Shown piece by piece: positions 11,657 through 22,876 of a stretch of DNA of 64,000 nt. This DNA comes from Eledone cirrhosa (lineage: Eukaryota): NCBI GenBank assembly GCA_964016885.1, contig OZ024742.1:364250001-364314000 (forward strand), read 5' to 3'. Position numbers and translations under genes: made by a program. How positions within the stretch are numbered: the first letter of the stretch is position 1; each line of letters opens with the position of its first letter. Below the pieces are notes generated by a model. The model saw nothing but the letters and a program-made list of their open reading frames with translations. It made no database searches and was not told the DNA's origin.

Positions 11657-13898
11657 GCTCATATATACTCTTATAAATATGCGCATATTCACATACAGGC
11701 CAACGCAAGCCTATAAAGATATATACATATATATATACAAATAGGATATATAGACAAAATCATATAAAGATACACAATGGGTCGTACAATGGGTCATACA
11801 GGAAATGATGCATCTTGGTATAAGCATGTACATATATAAACAATATAACCATACACATACATATATACACACACATAAATCTACACACACATATATATAC
11901 ATCTATATATACACATACATATATACACATATAAAAAATAAACGTGCAATATATTAAAAGTATAGATATAACGTCACATAGAGATATATAAAAATGAAGA
12001 AGGAGGAATGTGTATGTGTATGAGATAGTACACAGGAGAAGCATGAGATATACAGAACATATAATATGTGTTACAAGATGGAATATGTGGAGAATATGGA
12101 CTCTCTATTGAAAATATACACATGCATGGGGGTGCATGGACCGGCCATACTGGGGTATGTCACTGTAGTTTAGGTATATCGTCCTATAGGTGTAATGCAT
12201 TTGACTTAAAGTCAGTGGAATCCGGGTCAACCTGTCCCGGCTCAGGTGATGTTCTTGCCTAGGGTGACGTGCAGAGTCGTGTATGCATCCCGGGTTATTT
12301 CGGTTTACCCCACCTTGTATATATAGTCATCAGCGTATAGTGTCTGATTCCTTGAACCCGTTTCACCGCTCTGGTCGGTTCACGCTCCGCCGCATGCATT
12401 TAGCTTGGGCTTCCCGGTGGATTCCATGCGGAGAATGTGCACCTTCTCTGGTGTCTGCACGTCATGATTATTTCCGATTTCAGGTTGACCGCATCATCCT
12501 TCAGTCTGACCATCTCCATGGCCTCGTATAGGCATAGCCTATACTTTCTGTTTCCAGCCGAGTATGCAATAGCGTGCCGAACGATACTCCAGTCAAGTCC
12601 CACACCAGGTCCGCCAGCCTAGTAGCCTGCCTCTTACTCTGGTCCTTGAAAGAGTTTGTGTGGTTATACATCCGCGATTTAAAGGTCGTGGATGTTGCGC
12701 CGATGTAGGTGCGCTTTATATTGTGTGTGCTAACCACACATCTATATACCAGGCCCTTCGTCAGTCATCTACACTGCAGGGACTACTGCGTGCCCGCTCT
12801 GCAGTTGCACGTTCTGTCGTTATGTTGTTGATTTCGAGCGCCTGGCCCTTGATCTACTAGGGCACTCTCCCGATTCTAATGTGTTGTTCCGCCAACACGT
12901 TGGTCTCTCCTCCGCCATTCATTTCCACCCGGCGTTGGATTCTATGGTCTTCTGCGGGCGTGGCGGCCGCCGCGATGGCCGGGTTGTGCTTGGAAGACTG
13001 GTTTGCGAGGGTCCCTCCGTGCTCCAATGGACGGTCATTCTGCCGCCGCGATTGATGGTCGAGGTTTCCCATTTGGGACATGTTAGGTGCTGTGGAGAAG
13101 GAAAACTTCACCGTGTGGCGGTTGAAAATCTTGTGTATCTGTTCGACGGCGAGAAGCACTCGTCTAACGCTCGGAAGCACCTAACAAGGCCGGCTACATG
13201 GCCGAAACCACTACCGGAAGCCCAGGTTAAAGGCACGCGGCTCAGCGTGCGCCGACCAGCGCGGCGAAACGGGTTCAAGGGATCAGACACTATACGCTGA
13301 TGACTATATAGGCCCCGTGGGGTAAACCGAAATAACCCGGGATGCACCCGACTCTGTACGTCACCCTAGGCAAGAACATCGCTTGAGCCGGGACAGGTTG
13401 ACCCAGATTCCATGACTTTTAGTCAAATGCATTACACCTATAGGACGATATACCTAAACTACAGTGACATACCCCAGTATGGCCGGTCCATGCACCCCCA
13501 TGCATGTGTATATTTTCAATAGAGAGTCCATATTCTCCACATATTCCATCTTGTAACACATATTATATGTTCTGTATATCTCATGCTTCTCCTGTGTACT
13601 ATCTCATACACATACACATTCCTCCTTCTTCATTTTTATATATCTCTATGTGACGTTATATCTATACTTTTAATATATTGCACGTTTAATTTATATATGT
13701 GTATATGCGTATGTCTATATATGTATATATAGATGTACATTTATATATATATATATATATATATGTGTCTGTAGATATATGTGTGTGTATATATGTATGA
13801 GTATGGTTATATTGTTTATATATGTGCATGCTTATAACAAGATGCATCATTTCCTGTATGACCCAATGTACGACCCATTGTGTATCTTTATATGACTT
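10912..13898 (-). mobile_element. Neptune-type Penelope element (degraded) with inverted arm; host of the LINE array
   Basis: Minus-strand GIY-YIG remnants 12400-13250 (KIFNRHTVKFSFS, YIGATSTTFKSRMYNH, WSIV..LCLYE..NLKSEIIMTCRH); ~11755-12375 is the reverse complement of ~13255-13898; the 10912-11720 portion reappears inverted at 46890-47505. Confidence 0.85.
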
Positions 13899-14070
13899 TG
13901 CTCTCTTCCCAGCATTTTGTTGAAAGATGGGTGAGAGAAGCAAGAATGGCCCGCGTGAATGGGCCTACTCTGAGTACGTATCTGTAAATGCCCATTTGTA
14001 CTGTCCTGTATTGTCCTGTACTGTCCTTAATGTCTACTTTATGTAAACCCTTGTGGTTAATAAAGAAAAC
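13899..14070 (+). mobile_element. Tx1 3'-terminal fragment with an internal 3'UTR deletion
   Basis: Matches the end of ORF2 and the 3'UTR of 16920-22800; deletion joined at AAAT microhomology; ends AATAAAGAAAAC(ATT)n. Confidence 0.9.
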
Positions 14071-14089
14071 ATTATTATTATTATTATTA

Positions 14090-16859
14090 CAGTTGCATTT
14101 ACCTTGCTTTATGTTCATACGAGTTATCACCAAGTCACAACCAGTGACCTCAAGAGACAACAAGGTCCGCCATGTTCAAGAAAGAACATACATATTCACA
14201 CATGCATCTTTAGTGTTTAGACTTGTGATGTACATATATTGACAGAATCTTCCTTAGTATATGGGCAGTTCCCATTAGTACTATCTTTTGTATATCTCCT
14301 ATACGCGGGTTTCCTGGGATTTGCGATAAGTAATCATTAGCCCCCTTAGGTATCATTCCCAGAGCGCCTACAACCACTGGTATTGTTTTAGATCTCACTT
14401 TCCACATTTTTCCAATTTCTATCTCCAGGTCCTTATACTTGCTCAATTTTTCAAATGTTTTTATAGATACATTCTTGTCTATTGGAACAGACATATCAAT
14501 TAGCAGGCATACCCTCTTTTGAAAGTCTTTCAATATTATATCAGGTCTGTTTGCATCTATTTTTCGGTCTGTTTGGATGCTAAAGTTCCACAAGATTGAG
14601 ATGGGATCTTTTTCAAGTATGGGAGGTGGTTGATGCTCCCACCAATTCTTTTGATGGGGCAGGTCAAAATGCTTACACATTATCCAATGTATGTATTGTG
14701 CAGCTCTGTCATGCCTGTTTAGGTATTCGGTTGGAGCTATAGGACTGCACATTGAAATTATATGGTCAATGGTCTCTGGTTGTTTTTTGCATACACGGCA
14801 TAATGGGCTGCACCCATTTTTTATTATGTTGGCTTGGTAATTTTTTGTTGGCAGACACTGATCTTGTGCCGATATAATCAGTCCTTCAGTCTCCGATTTC
14901 AGTCCAGAGGATGCCAACCACTGATGGGTTAAAGTTTTGTCAACATCAGGATTGTTAGCTCGCTCTGGGTATTTTCCATACAGAGGCTTTTCTTGCCATT
15001 TCTTAGCCAGTTTCTGTAGCAGTTCTTTCTTTGCAGTTACTTTTACCTGCTTCGCTTTTTCTGTGTTTTCCATTTCAGCAGTAAATGGGACTTCTGAAAT
15101 TTGTAGTCCATTACTGTATCTTTGTGCATCTTTTGTAATGGAATATGATCTTTTGGTGCTTTCGTGTTTCAAAACGAGTTTGATCATCCAATCATGTGAT
15201 TCCCTTAAATATGTGGATAATCCAATTGTTGCAGTTTTCAACGCAATGTCTAACTGGATTAACCCACGTCCTCCTTCTTTCCTAGGGAGATATATTCTAT
15301 CTATGTCTGCCTTAGGGTGATGCATTCTGTGCATGGTTAAGAATTTTCGGATTTTTGTATCGAGCCTACGGATCTCTGTGCTTGACCAGTTGATGACATT
15401 GTAACTGTAGGTTACTACTGGTATGGCAAGCGTGTTTATGGCATCGATCCTATTCCTTGCATTCAATTCCGTTCTTAGGATTGCTCTGACTCTGCGGTAA
15501 CATTCCTTCCTTATCCTTTCCCTCATTGTCGAGTGCTTGATTCCGTCTCCTTCACAAACACCTAGATATTTGTAAGTTTGTTCTTGATCAAGCTCTCTTA
15601 TCACGTTCCCCCGATCAAGATTAATGTCTGAACTCTTCAGCAGCTTTCCTCTGGTGAACGTTGCTTTGGCGCATTTATCCAGTTCAAACTCCATTTTAAT
15701 GTCATCACTGAACTGCTTCACAGTGGAAAATAGCCCTTGCAATTGTTCATCATTTTTTGCAAATAGTTTCAGGTCACCCATGTAGAACAGGTGATTAATG
15801 GTTTTGTCATAGACTCTATATCCATGTTTTGTTTCATTGAGCATTTTACTTAATGGTATAAGTGCGATGCAGAATAAAAGCGGTGATAAAGAGTCACCCT
15901 GAAAAATTCCACAATTAATGTTAACTTCTCCAGCTTCCAGTGATTTTGTTTCACTATTCAAAAGGAGTGTCGTTCTCCATGTCCACATACTGAATGACAA
16001 AAACCTCCTGACAACGGGGGATATTTTGAAAATCTCTAAACATTTTTCAATCCAACTGTGTGGCAAACTATCAAATGCTTTTTTATAATCTATCCAAGCA
16101 ATCGATAGATTTTTGTGTCTATTATGACAATCTTCCAGTATCATTTTGTTAACCAGAAGCTGATCCTTACAGCCATATGAGCCTCGTTTACACCCTTTCT
16201 GCTCAATGGGAAATAGGTCATTTGTTATCAGGTGGTCATATGTGTATTCAGTTAGGACTGATGTTAAAATTTTATACATTGTGGTCAAGCAGGTTATCGG
16301 TCTGTAATTTTTGGGATTGTTTGTCTCATCATTCTTCGGTAGCAGGAATGTAATGCCGTTAACTAGCCATGATGGTATCTTTTCTGGCTCCTTAACTATT
16401 TCATTGTAAAGTTGGGCTAACAGCTCATGAGACTCTGTGAAGGCATTTATCCAAAAGTTTTGTATTTTGTCTTTTCCTGGGGATTTCCATTTGCTGGTTT
16501 TTCTTAGAGCCAAGCGCAGCTGTTCAACTGTTATATTTTCCCATGTTTGTTCTTCAAGGTGAGCTGTTTCTTTCATTTGTCTGTCTATCCATGGGGCATG
16601 TATGTTATGAACTTTTTCTTCGGCCCAGATCTTTTCCCAGAATTCTTGCACTTACTCCTTGGGTGGTATTGATTTAGCAGTTATTGTTGACTTACCAATT
16701 TTTCTGTAGAAGTTTCTTTGGTTGTTTTTGAACATATTATTGTCCTTATAGAATCTAGATCGTTTTTCAAAGCGCCTTATACGTGCAGCTTTGGCCGACA
16801 CTTTTTGCTTGATTGTTTCTATCAGCATGTCTATGTCACATGTTGATCTTATACTGTAC

Positions 16860-16862
<3 letters not shown>
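14090..16862 (-). mobile_element. R4/Dong-clade LINE family A, 5'-truncated
   Basis: RT, CCHC (CRVC..DHIISMC), RHD and REL (RPDIILKD..LIDMSVP) motifs; (TAA)n tail; both ends in (ATT)n. Confidence 0.92.
14210..16651 (-). pseudogene. Dong-A RT-REL ORF fragment (813 aa), catalytic YMDD changed to YMGD
   Basis: HLFYMGDLKL versus [10 protein letters not shown] in the intact family-B copy; frameshift upstream; N-terminus missing. Confidence 0.85.
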
Positions 16863-16919
<57 letters not shown>

Positions 16920-17127
16920 GGCGACCTACGTAGTAAATCGTATCATCGTGAGCTCCGCAAAGGTTTGTTATTTCCGTTTGTTAAAAATTGCCATTTATGG
17001 AAAATTTTATTGTTAACTGTTTATAAGCACACATACATTGTTTTCCGAAAAGGACACCCAAAAAGATTGGGGCCTTGTGCCCAAAATTTTAACTTTTATT
17101 ATTATCCAAAAATTTCTTTGAAAAAAA

Positions 17128-19097
17128 ATGGCTAATTCCCCTCTGCACGAAGCAGCTGAAAGCCTTCCTCACAAAATAACACCTCACACCGACACCACCA
17201 TTGTAAATGTTACTACGTTTGCCAACACAAAAAAAAATATAAGCAGTAGCAATATTTTAAATTTGTCTCAGGCAGACATTCATTTCCCGCCATTACCAAT
17301 GACTGCAGGTGTTAAAGCCTCCACCACCACCACCACCGCGACAACCCCCACCCCCACCACCACCGCGACAACAGAAACAAAAGAAGAAAAAATAAATTAA
17401 CTCGTGATGTCGAAATGAAATCAAGCAAAATGGACTCTTCCGCACCAAAGACGACTGACGTCACCAACACCACGACTGAAACTAAAATTAATATTAACGA
17501 TAGCAACAACTACAACAATGACATTATAAAACCGACCCTCAGTTTCGCCATCGTAGCAAAACAATTCGAAGCCTTCACGGTAACTCAAGAAGATTTAGAA
17601 AATGCCAAACAAATGGTAAAGAAAGATGGGTACAGGGTCAGCCTCACCCCCCCCCCACCTAATAAAATGGAGCATCGGCGCCTGTGCACCGTGTCGTATA
17701 GAACAATAAATGTAAAATCGCGCCGAGTGGAACGGGCATCCGAGTCCCAAATCCAAAAAGCTTTGGGACATGTGTAGGCAAGAAAAACCCACATCAGACG
17801 TGGGCAAAAGTATGGAACCGTGGATGTGTTCTTTGAAACACCAGAGGAGGCTAGAGAACACTCCATGGCCCCATTAAAAAGTGACGACCTCACACTCGTC
17901 CCAAGCTATTGTGGCCAGAGACTCGTAAAGGTCAGGGTGACCCACGTTCCACCGGCCATCGAAATTCCCTGGCTAATAGCGGCTGTCCTCGCCGGCATCG
18001 AAGCCAACACGAAAATAATAGCAGTAGCAAAAGAAAAGCAGGAAAACTGGTCCGGATCTGGGATGGAGCTCCTGATCCAAGCGGACCAAAAAAGCATTGA
18101 GGAGATCCCAGAGGTAATAGACCTCACTGACGGCAGCCACCTCACGGTAATTGTCGAGGGCAGAAGACCTAGGTGTGTCGTTTGTGGTGAAGGAACCCAC
18201 CTAAGGGCTTTCTGCCCTCAGGCTAAAAGGTTGAGGCCACCTCTTCTACCCACCCCAGTGACACAACCATCAACACCACCAGTAGCAGAGATGGCAGCAA
18301 CAACTGTAGCAGCAACAACAGAAGCAACTATAACAGCAACAACCCCAGCACAGTAGCAAAACCAACACCACTACCACCACCAGCAAAACCAACACCACCA
18401 CCACCCAACGCTTCAGAACTAGCACCAGCGCCTACACCATCCACCACACCACAACCAAAACTAACGGCTGTGGAGGATTTTCCACTCCCCGGCCTATCAC
18501 AACTGGAGACAGATTGTGACGACGAGGAGTAGGAAAAGATATCCGGAAAAAAAAAAAAAATTCTCTTCCTTCCCCCTCCAAAAACAAAATACAGAGGGAA
18601 ACAAATAAACTAAGAAACAAAAAAGTTAGGACAGATATGCCACCATCCACACCAGCATCACCAACCCCATCAACCCAAACCCCAACACCATCACCATCAT
18701 TATCTCCAACACCATCATCACCTACACCACAAAAGTCACCAAAATGCGAAACAGAAACAAACCCACAACAAACGCAAACAAAACAAAACAACCAAAACGA
18801 TACACACTACACAGCATTAAATTTGAACAACAAGCAATGATTACACTACATCCAACACAACACCAGCATCACAGAAAAAGACTACACAACAACCCCAAAA
18901 TTCACACCACCTCCACACATACAAATCACTCGCATCACACAGAAAACGTACATGACACTAAAACAAAAATTCCCCAAAGACATCGGAGACTTCCGACAAG
19001 CACACTCCAGGAGGATTTATAAGGACATCCTTCCTGTGAGGCCACAAACAGTGAAAAGGATGGAAAAGTCGTCCTTCCCCTACGAGAAGTAAGGTAA
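17128..19097 (+). pseudogene. Tx1 ORF1 (zinc knuckle CVVCGEGTHLRAFC), disrupted
   Basis: Fragments 17128-17400, 17415-17777 and 17820-18356 are homologous to ORF1 of copies B and C; stops and frameshifts present. Confidence 0.8.
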
Positions 19098-19131
19098 GTG
19101 GTTTTTCCCATCTTTTCCACTCCTTTTCAAC

Positions 19132-22100
19132 ATGACCTCACTCAGAATAGGCAGCATAAATGCACGTGGCTTGGGGTCGTCATGGAAGCAGGGCCACCTG
19201 CTCAACGACCTCAGGTCACTAAACATAGATGTAGTGGCCATCAGCGAGACCAGAATCTCCGAGGCACAGGCTTTCGCACCGATCTTCGGCGGCTACGATG
19301 TGTACGCATCTCCCAGCCGTCCGGGATCGGGGGGAGGAGTTGCTGTGCTTTTTCGGAGAGGTTTGGATCTTGCCATACGGGCCATCTTCCTGGACCCAGA
19401 AGGTAAGTTGGTGGTGCTGGACGTGGCCAGCGGAGACGGGCAAGATTTCAGGTTAGTGGCCGTCTATGCCCCGACAGGAGCAGGGCGGCCTGATTTCTTC
19501 CGGCGTCTGGAGACCTTTCTTGGAACGTCCCGCTCTTTAGTGTTAGTGGGCGACTGGAACGGGATCTTAGATGCACGCTGGGATTGTGTGGGATTAGTGG
19601 ATAGAGAAGGAGGGTGCAAGAGTCTCACCAACCTGCTCAGACGTTTTGAACTGTCTGACAGGTACCGAATGGATTTCCCGAATGTACCAATGTGGACTTG
19701 GACAAATCGCATATGGTCATCCAGATCATATCTAGATAGAGTATTTTGTAGGGAAATAGATAGGTCTAGCATAGGCTGTCCACAATTCAAGATAGTCAGC
19801 TACACGGACCACGAATTCGTGATCTGTGTGCTTGACTTAGATAGGCTTCATAGACGAGGACCCGGCTACTGGAAGCTAAACGCATCCTTACCAGCGCGCA
19901 AGGCCTACAGAGACCGGATTAGCGAACTAGTTAAGCGGGCGTTGACGGGGGCCATCGTCAACAACAAGTGGTGGTTTGCTCTGAAAAGAGCAATTATAAT
20001 AGAGTCCATTAGGTTTAGTAAGACTTTAGCAATAGAGAAAAATAGAGCAGAGGGAGAACTAGTGAGAAAATTAGATGAGGCGCTTAGCAAAGGCATCGCG
20101 ACCGACGTACTTGCGGCGAAATTGGCCCTTGACCAATTCTTCAATGCAAAGCACGAAGGCTGCGTTGTCAGAGCTAGGGTGCGTACTCTCAGACACGAGG
20201 GGACGAAAGCCGTTCAATGGGCCCGAGTGGCGGAGGCGCGTCGTGGCAACAAAGCCACGATCCGGTCTTTGGTGGACCACGACGGGCGCATGCTACTCGA
20301 TCCCGGGCAAATGTGTGAAGCTTTTCAGCGACACTTCGCTCAACTATTCGGGGGCAGTGGCGGGCCGGATCGAGGGATGGACTTTAGTGTCTACCTCGAC
20401 GGACTGCCGCGGCTTTCGGCCACTGAGGCGGAGTGTTGCGAAAAGCCGATAACAACCGCTGAAGTACGGGATGCAATGACTAGTTGCGCAAGGGGTAAAT
20501 CGCCTGGTTTGGATGGTCTGCCCTATGAACTTTACGTACAAATGCCAAACTTGTTCGGAGGCCTCTTGGCGGACGTCTACTGCAAATGGCAACAGAACGG
20601 GAGAATTCCCAGCTCTGTGAGCCGAGGAGCGGTGGCGCTGCTGAGAAAGGATCCGAACAAGGGGGATAACATAGATAATTTTAGGCCCATAACTCTGCTA
20701 AACAAAGAGTTCAAGATTTTGGCCAAGGTGCTAGCAAAGAGGTTGGCGCTTGTCGTTGGTGGTCTGGTGGGAGAGGCGCAGACATGCGCCATTCCCGACA
20801 GATCCATCCACGACAACCTCCACCTCATGCGATACATCGTAGAGAGGGTAGCTAGGGAACCTGGCACGGGTGGGTCTTTGATCAATTTAGATCAGTCGAA
20901 AGCCTTCGATAGGGTCGACCATCGTTACCTAGCGGTAGTCCTGAGGGCGGCTGGCTTTGGGCCCGTCTTCAGAGGCTGGATCGCTGCCATGCACAGCGAC
21001 ATCTGCTCTGTAGTGAGAGTGAACGGTCACCTTTCGGAACCGTTCAACATCATGCGCTCGGTCCGCCAAGGATGTCCCCTCTCGTCCCTATTGTACGTAT
21101 TGACTCTCGAGCCATTACTGCACAAACTGGAGACGTTGAGGGGGGTCCCGCGCGAACTAGGATGCGGAAGATCCGTGTCAGCATATGCCGACGATGTCAC
21201 CGTAGTGGTGTCGAACGCCAAACACATCGAGGCGATCGGCACTACACTAAGAGAATACGAAGCGGTGACAGGAGCAATGATCAACCAGGAAAAGTCAGTG
21301 GGCCTGCAGCTCGGCACCTGGAGAGGCAGGTCCATGCCGTCCAACAGCGTCGTCGGGCGCTGGACGGACGGACCGGTTAAATTGCTAGGGGTCTGGTTCG
21401 GTCCAGACCTCCAGACGAACAAAAACTGGGACGAGGTGACGAGCAGGGTGGCTTCTCTCACCCAGAAATGGGCCGGGAGGAAGCTATCCCAGAAAGGTCG
21501 AGCGGAGGTGGCGAATGCGTACATCGCATCCGTCATCTACTACCGCCAGACCGTCGTACCTTGTCCTAAGCCCCGCCTGACTGCGCTGGAGGGTTTGCTC
21601 TTTCGCTTCTTGTGGAAGGGACGCGCTCCGATGGTCAGGCGGTCCATCTGCTGTCAACACCCGCTACGTGGAGGGCTGGGCATGCCGTGGCTGATGATGC
21701 GCAGACACGCGCTCAGGCTACGACATCTCCACCTCTTCCTCGACGGTGATCAGGTGTGGTCGCCGTTTGCAAGACACGTTTTTCCCCAGCTCGTCCCCTT
21801 GACGGAGCTGCAGTCCTGGGTCAAGCGAAGACCGAGAGGGAGCGCTTGGAGACTGGAATGTCTTCAGACGCTCACAGCCCTCGACCAATCGGGCAATGTG
21901 ATCGGTGGAAACTCCACCTTGGCGTTCTATAGGGGATTAGTGGAGGGGAAGAGCGACGACGTACTTGGAGAAACTCTAGGCGTCGACGAAAATCAACTAG
22001 CCAATCTCTTCGGAAGGACTTTCGGGCCGGGGCCCATGGACAATTTCCAGAAATCCCTGGCCTGGCAGTGCTACCGAGGAGCTTTGCCAGTTCGGGATAA

Positions 22101-22551
22101 ACTCTACAGGCATGGAGGTGCCGTCAGCCGGGCATGTCCGAGATGCGCGCAGGGCGACGAAACCGTCCTGCACGCACTCGTCCAGTGTCCGAGCATTGCT
22201 GACTTGTGGGTTTATGTCGAACACCTGCTGTCACGTGTAGGACGGATCCAGCTATCAGCTGAGTCCATCGTGAGGATTGCCCCGCCCCCTTCCTTTAGCC
22301 TGGAAGAGCAGGCAGTTTTTATCTGTCTGGTGGCCATGGCGAAAGAGATAGTATGGTGGACACGTTTGAAAGGGCTGAAGACGAGCACTTACCTCTTCGG
22401 TGATGCCCTGATTAACTTTTTCAAATTTCATTTGAAAAGGAAAATCAGGGTAGAGAGGGAAGTGCTCTCTTCCCAGCATTTTGTTGAAAGATGGGTAAGA
22501 GAAGCAAGTATGGCCCGAATGAATGGGCCTTCTCTGAGTATGTGTCTGTAA
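19132..22551 (+). CDS. Tx1 ORF2: APE endonuclease, reverse transcriptase and CCHC domain, intact 1139 aa
   Basis: SINARGL, SET, VYAP, GDWN, SYLDR, TDH, WKLN, SPGLDG, RPITLLN, LDQSKAFDRV, RQGCPLS, AYADD, CPRC..ETVLHALVQC. Confidence 0.93.
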   Translation: MTSLRIGSINARGLGSSWKQGHLLNDLRSLNIDVVAISETRISEAQAFAPIFGGYDVYASPSRPGSGGGVAVLFRRGLDLAIRAIFLDPEGKLVVLDVASGDGQDFRLVAVYAPTGAGRPDFFRRLETFLGTSRSLVLVGDWNGILDARWDCVGLVDREGGCKSLTNLLRRFELSDRYRMDFPNVPMWTWTNRIWSSRSYLDRVFCREIDRSSIGCPQFKIVSYTDHEFVICVLDLDRLHRRGPGYWKLNASLPARKAYRDRISELVKRALTGAIVNNKWWFALKRAIIIESIRFSKTLAIEKNRAEGELVRKLDEALSKGIATDVLAAKLALDQFFNAKHEGCVVRARVRTLRHEGTKAVQWARVAEARRGNKATIRSLVDHDGRMLLDPGQMCEAFQRHFAQLFGGSGGPDRGMDFSVYLDGLPRLSATEAECCEKPITTAEVRDAMTSCARGKSPGLDGLPYELYVQMPNLFGGLLADVYCKWQQNGRIPSSVSRGAVALLRKDPNKGDNIDNFRPITLLNKEFKILAKVLAKRLALVVGGLVGEAQTCAIPDRSIHDNLHLMRYIVERVAREPGTGGSLINLDQSKAFDRVDHRYLAVVLRAAGFGPVFRGWIAAMHSDICSVVRVNGHLSEPFNIMRSVRQGCPLSSLLYVLTLEPLLHKLETLRGVPRELGCGRSVSAYADDVTVVVSNAKHIEAIGTTLREYEAVTGAMINQEKSVGLQLGTWRGRSMPSNSVVGRWTDGPVKLLGVWFGPDLQTNKNWDEVTSRVASLTQKWAGRKLSQKGRAEVANAYIASVIYYRQTVVPCPKPRLTALEGLLFRFLWKGRAPMVRRSICCQHPLRGGLGMPWLMMRRHALRLRHLHLFLDGDQVWSPFARHVFPQLVPLTELQSWVKRRPRGSAWRLECLQTLTALDQSGNVIGGNSTLAFYRGLVEGKSDDVLGETLGVDENQLANLFGRTFGPGPMDNFQKSLAWQCYRGALPVRDKLYRHGGAVSRACPRCAQGDETVLHALVQCPSIADLWVYVEHLLSRVGRIQLSAESIVRIAPPPSFSLEEQAVFICLVAMAKEIVWWTRLKGLKTSTYLFGDALINFFKFHLKRKIRVEREVLSSQHFVERWVREASMARMNGPSLSMCL

Positions 22552-22821
22552 ATTAAAGGTGGAAAACTGGGAGAGGGCACTTGCCCTGGTGGTCAGGGCC
22601 ACTGTGGTCTTTTAATGGGCTTTCTCCACAAAAATGTCCCTCGGAAGTCTCCCCCCTATTGGGGAATTTTTCTTTGTTATTTTATTTCATCCTCTGTTTT
22701 TTTTTACACGCAGAAATGCCCATTTGTACCGTCCTGTATTGTCCTGTACTGTCCTTAATGTCTACTTTATGTAAACCCTTGTGGTTAATAAAGAAAACAT
22801 TATGACAATCTTCCAGTATCA

Positions 22822-22876
<55 letters not shown>

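Larger units (their letters stand above)
16920..22800 (+). mobile_element. Full-length Tx1-clade LINE, copy A
   Basis: 5'UTR, disrupted ORF1, intact APE-RT-CCHC ORF2, and a 3'UTR ending AATAAAGAAAAC+ATT; preceded by (ATT)n. Confidence 0.93.
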
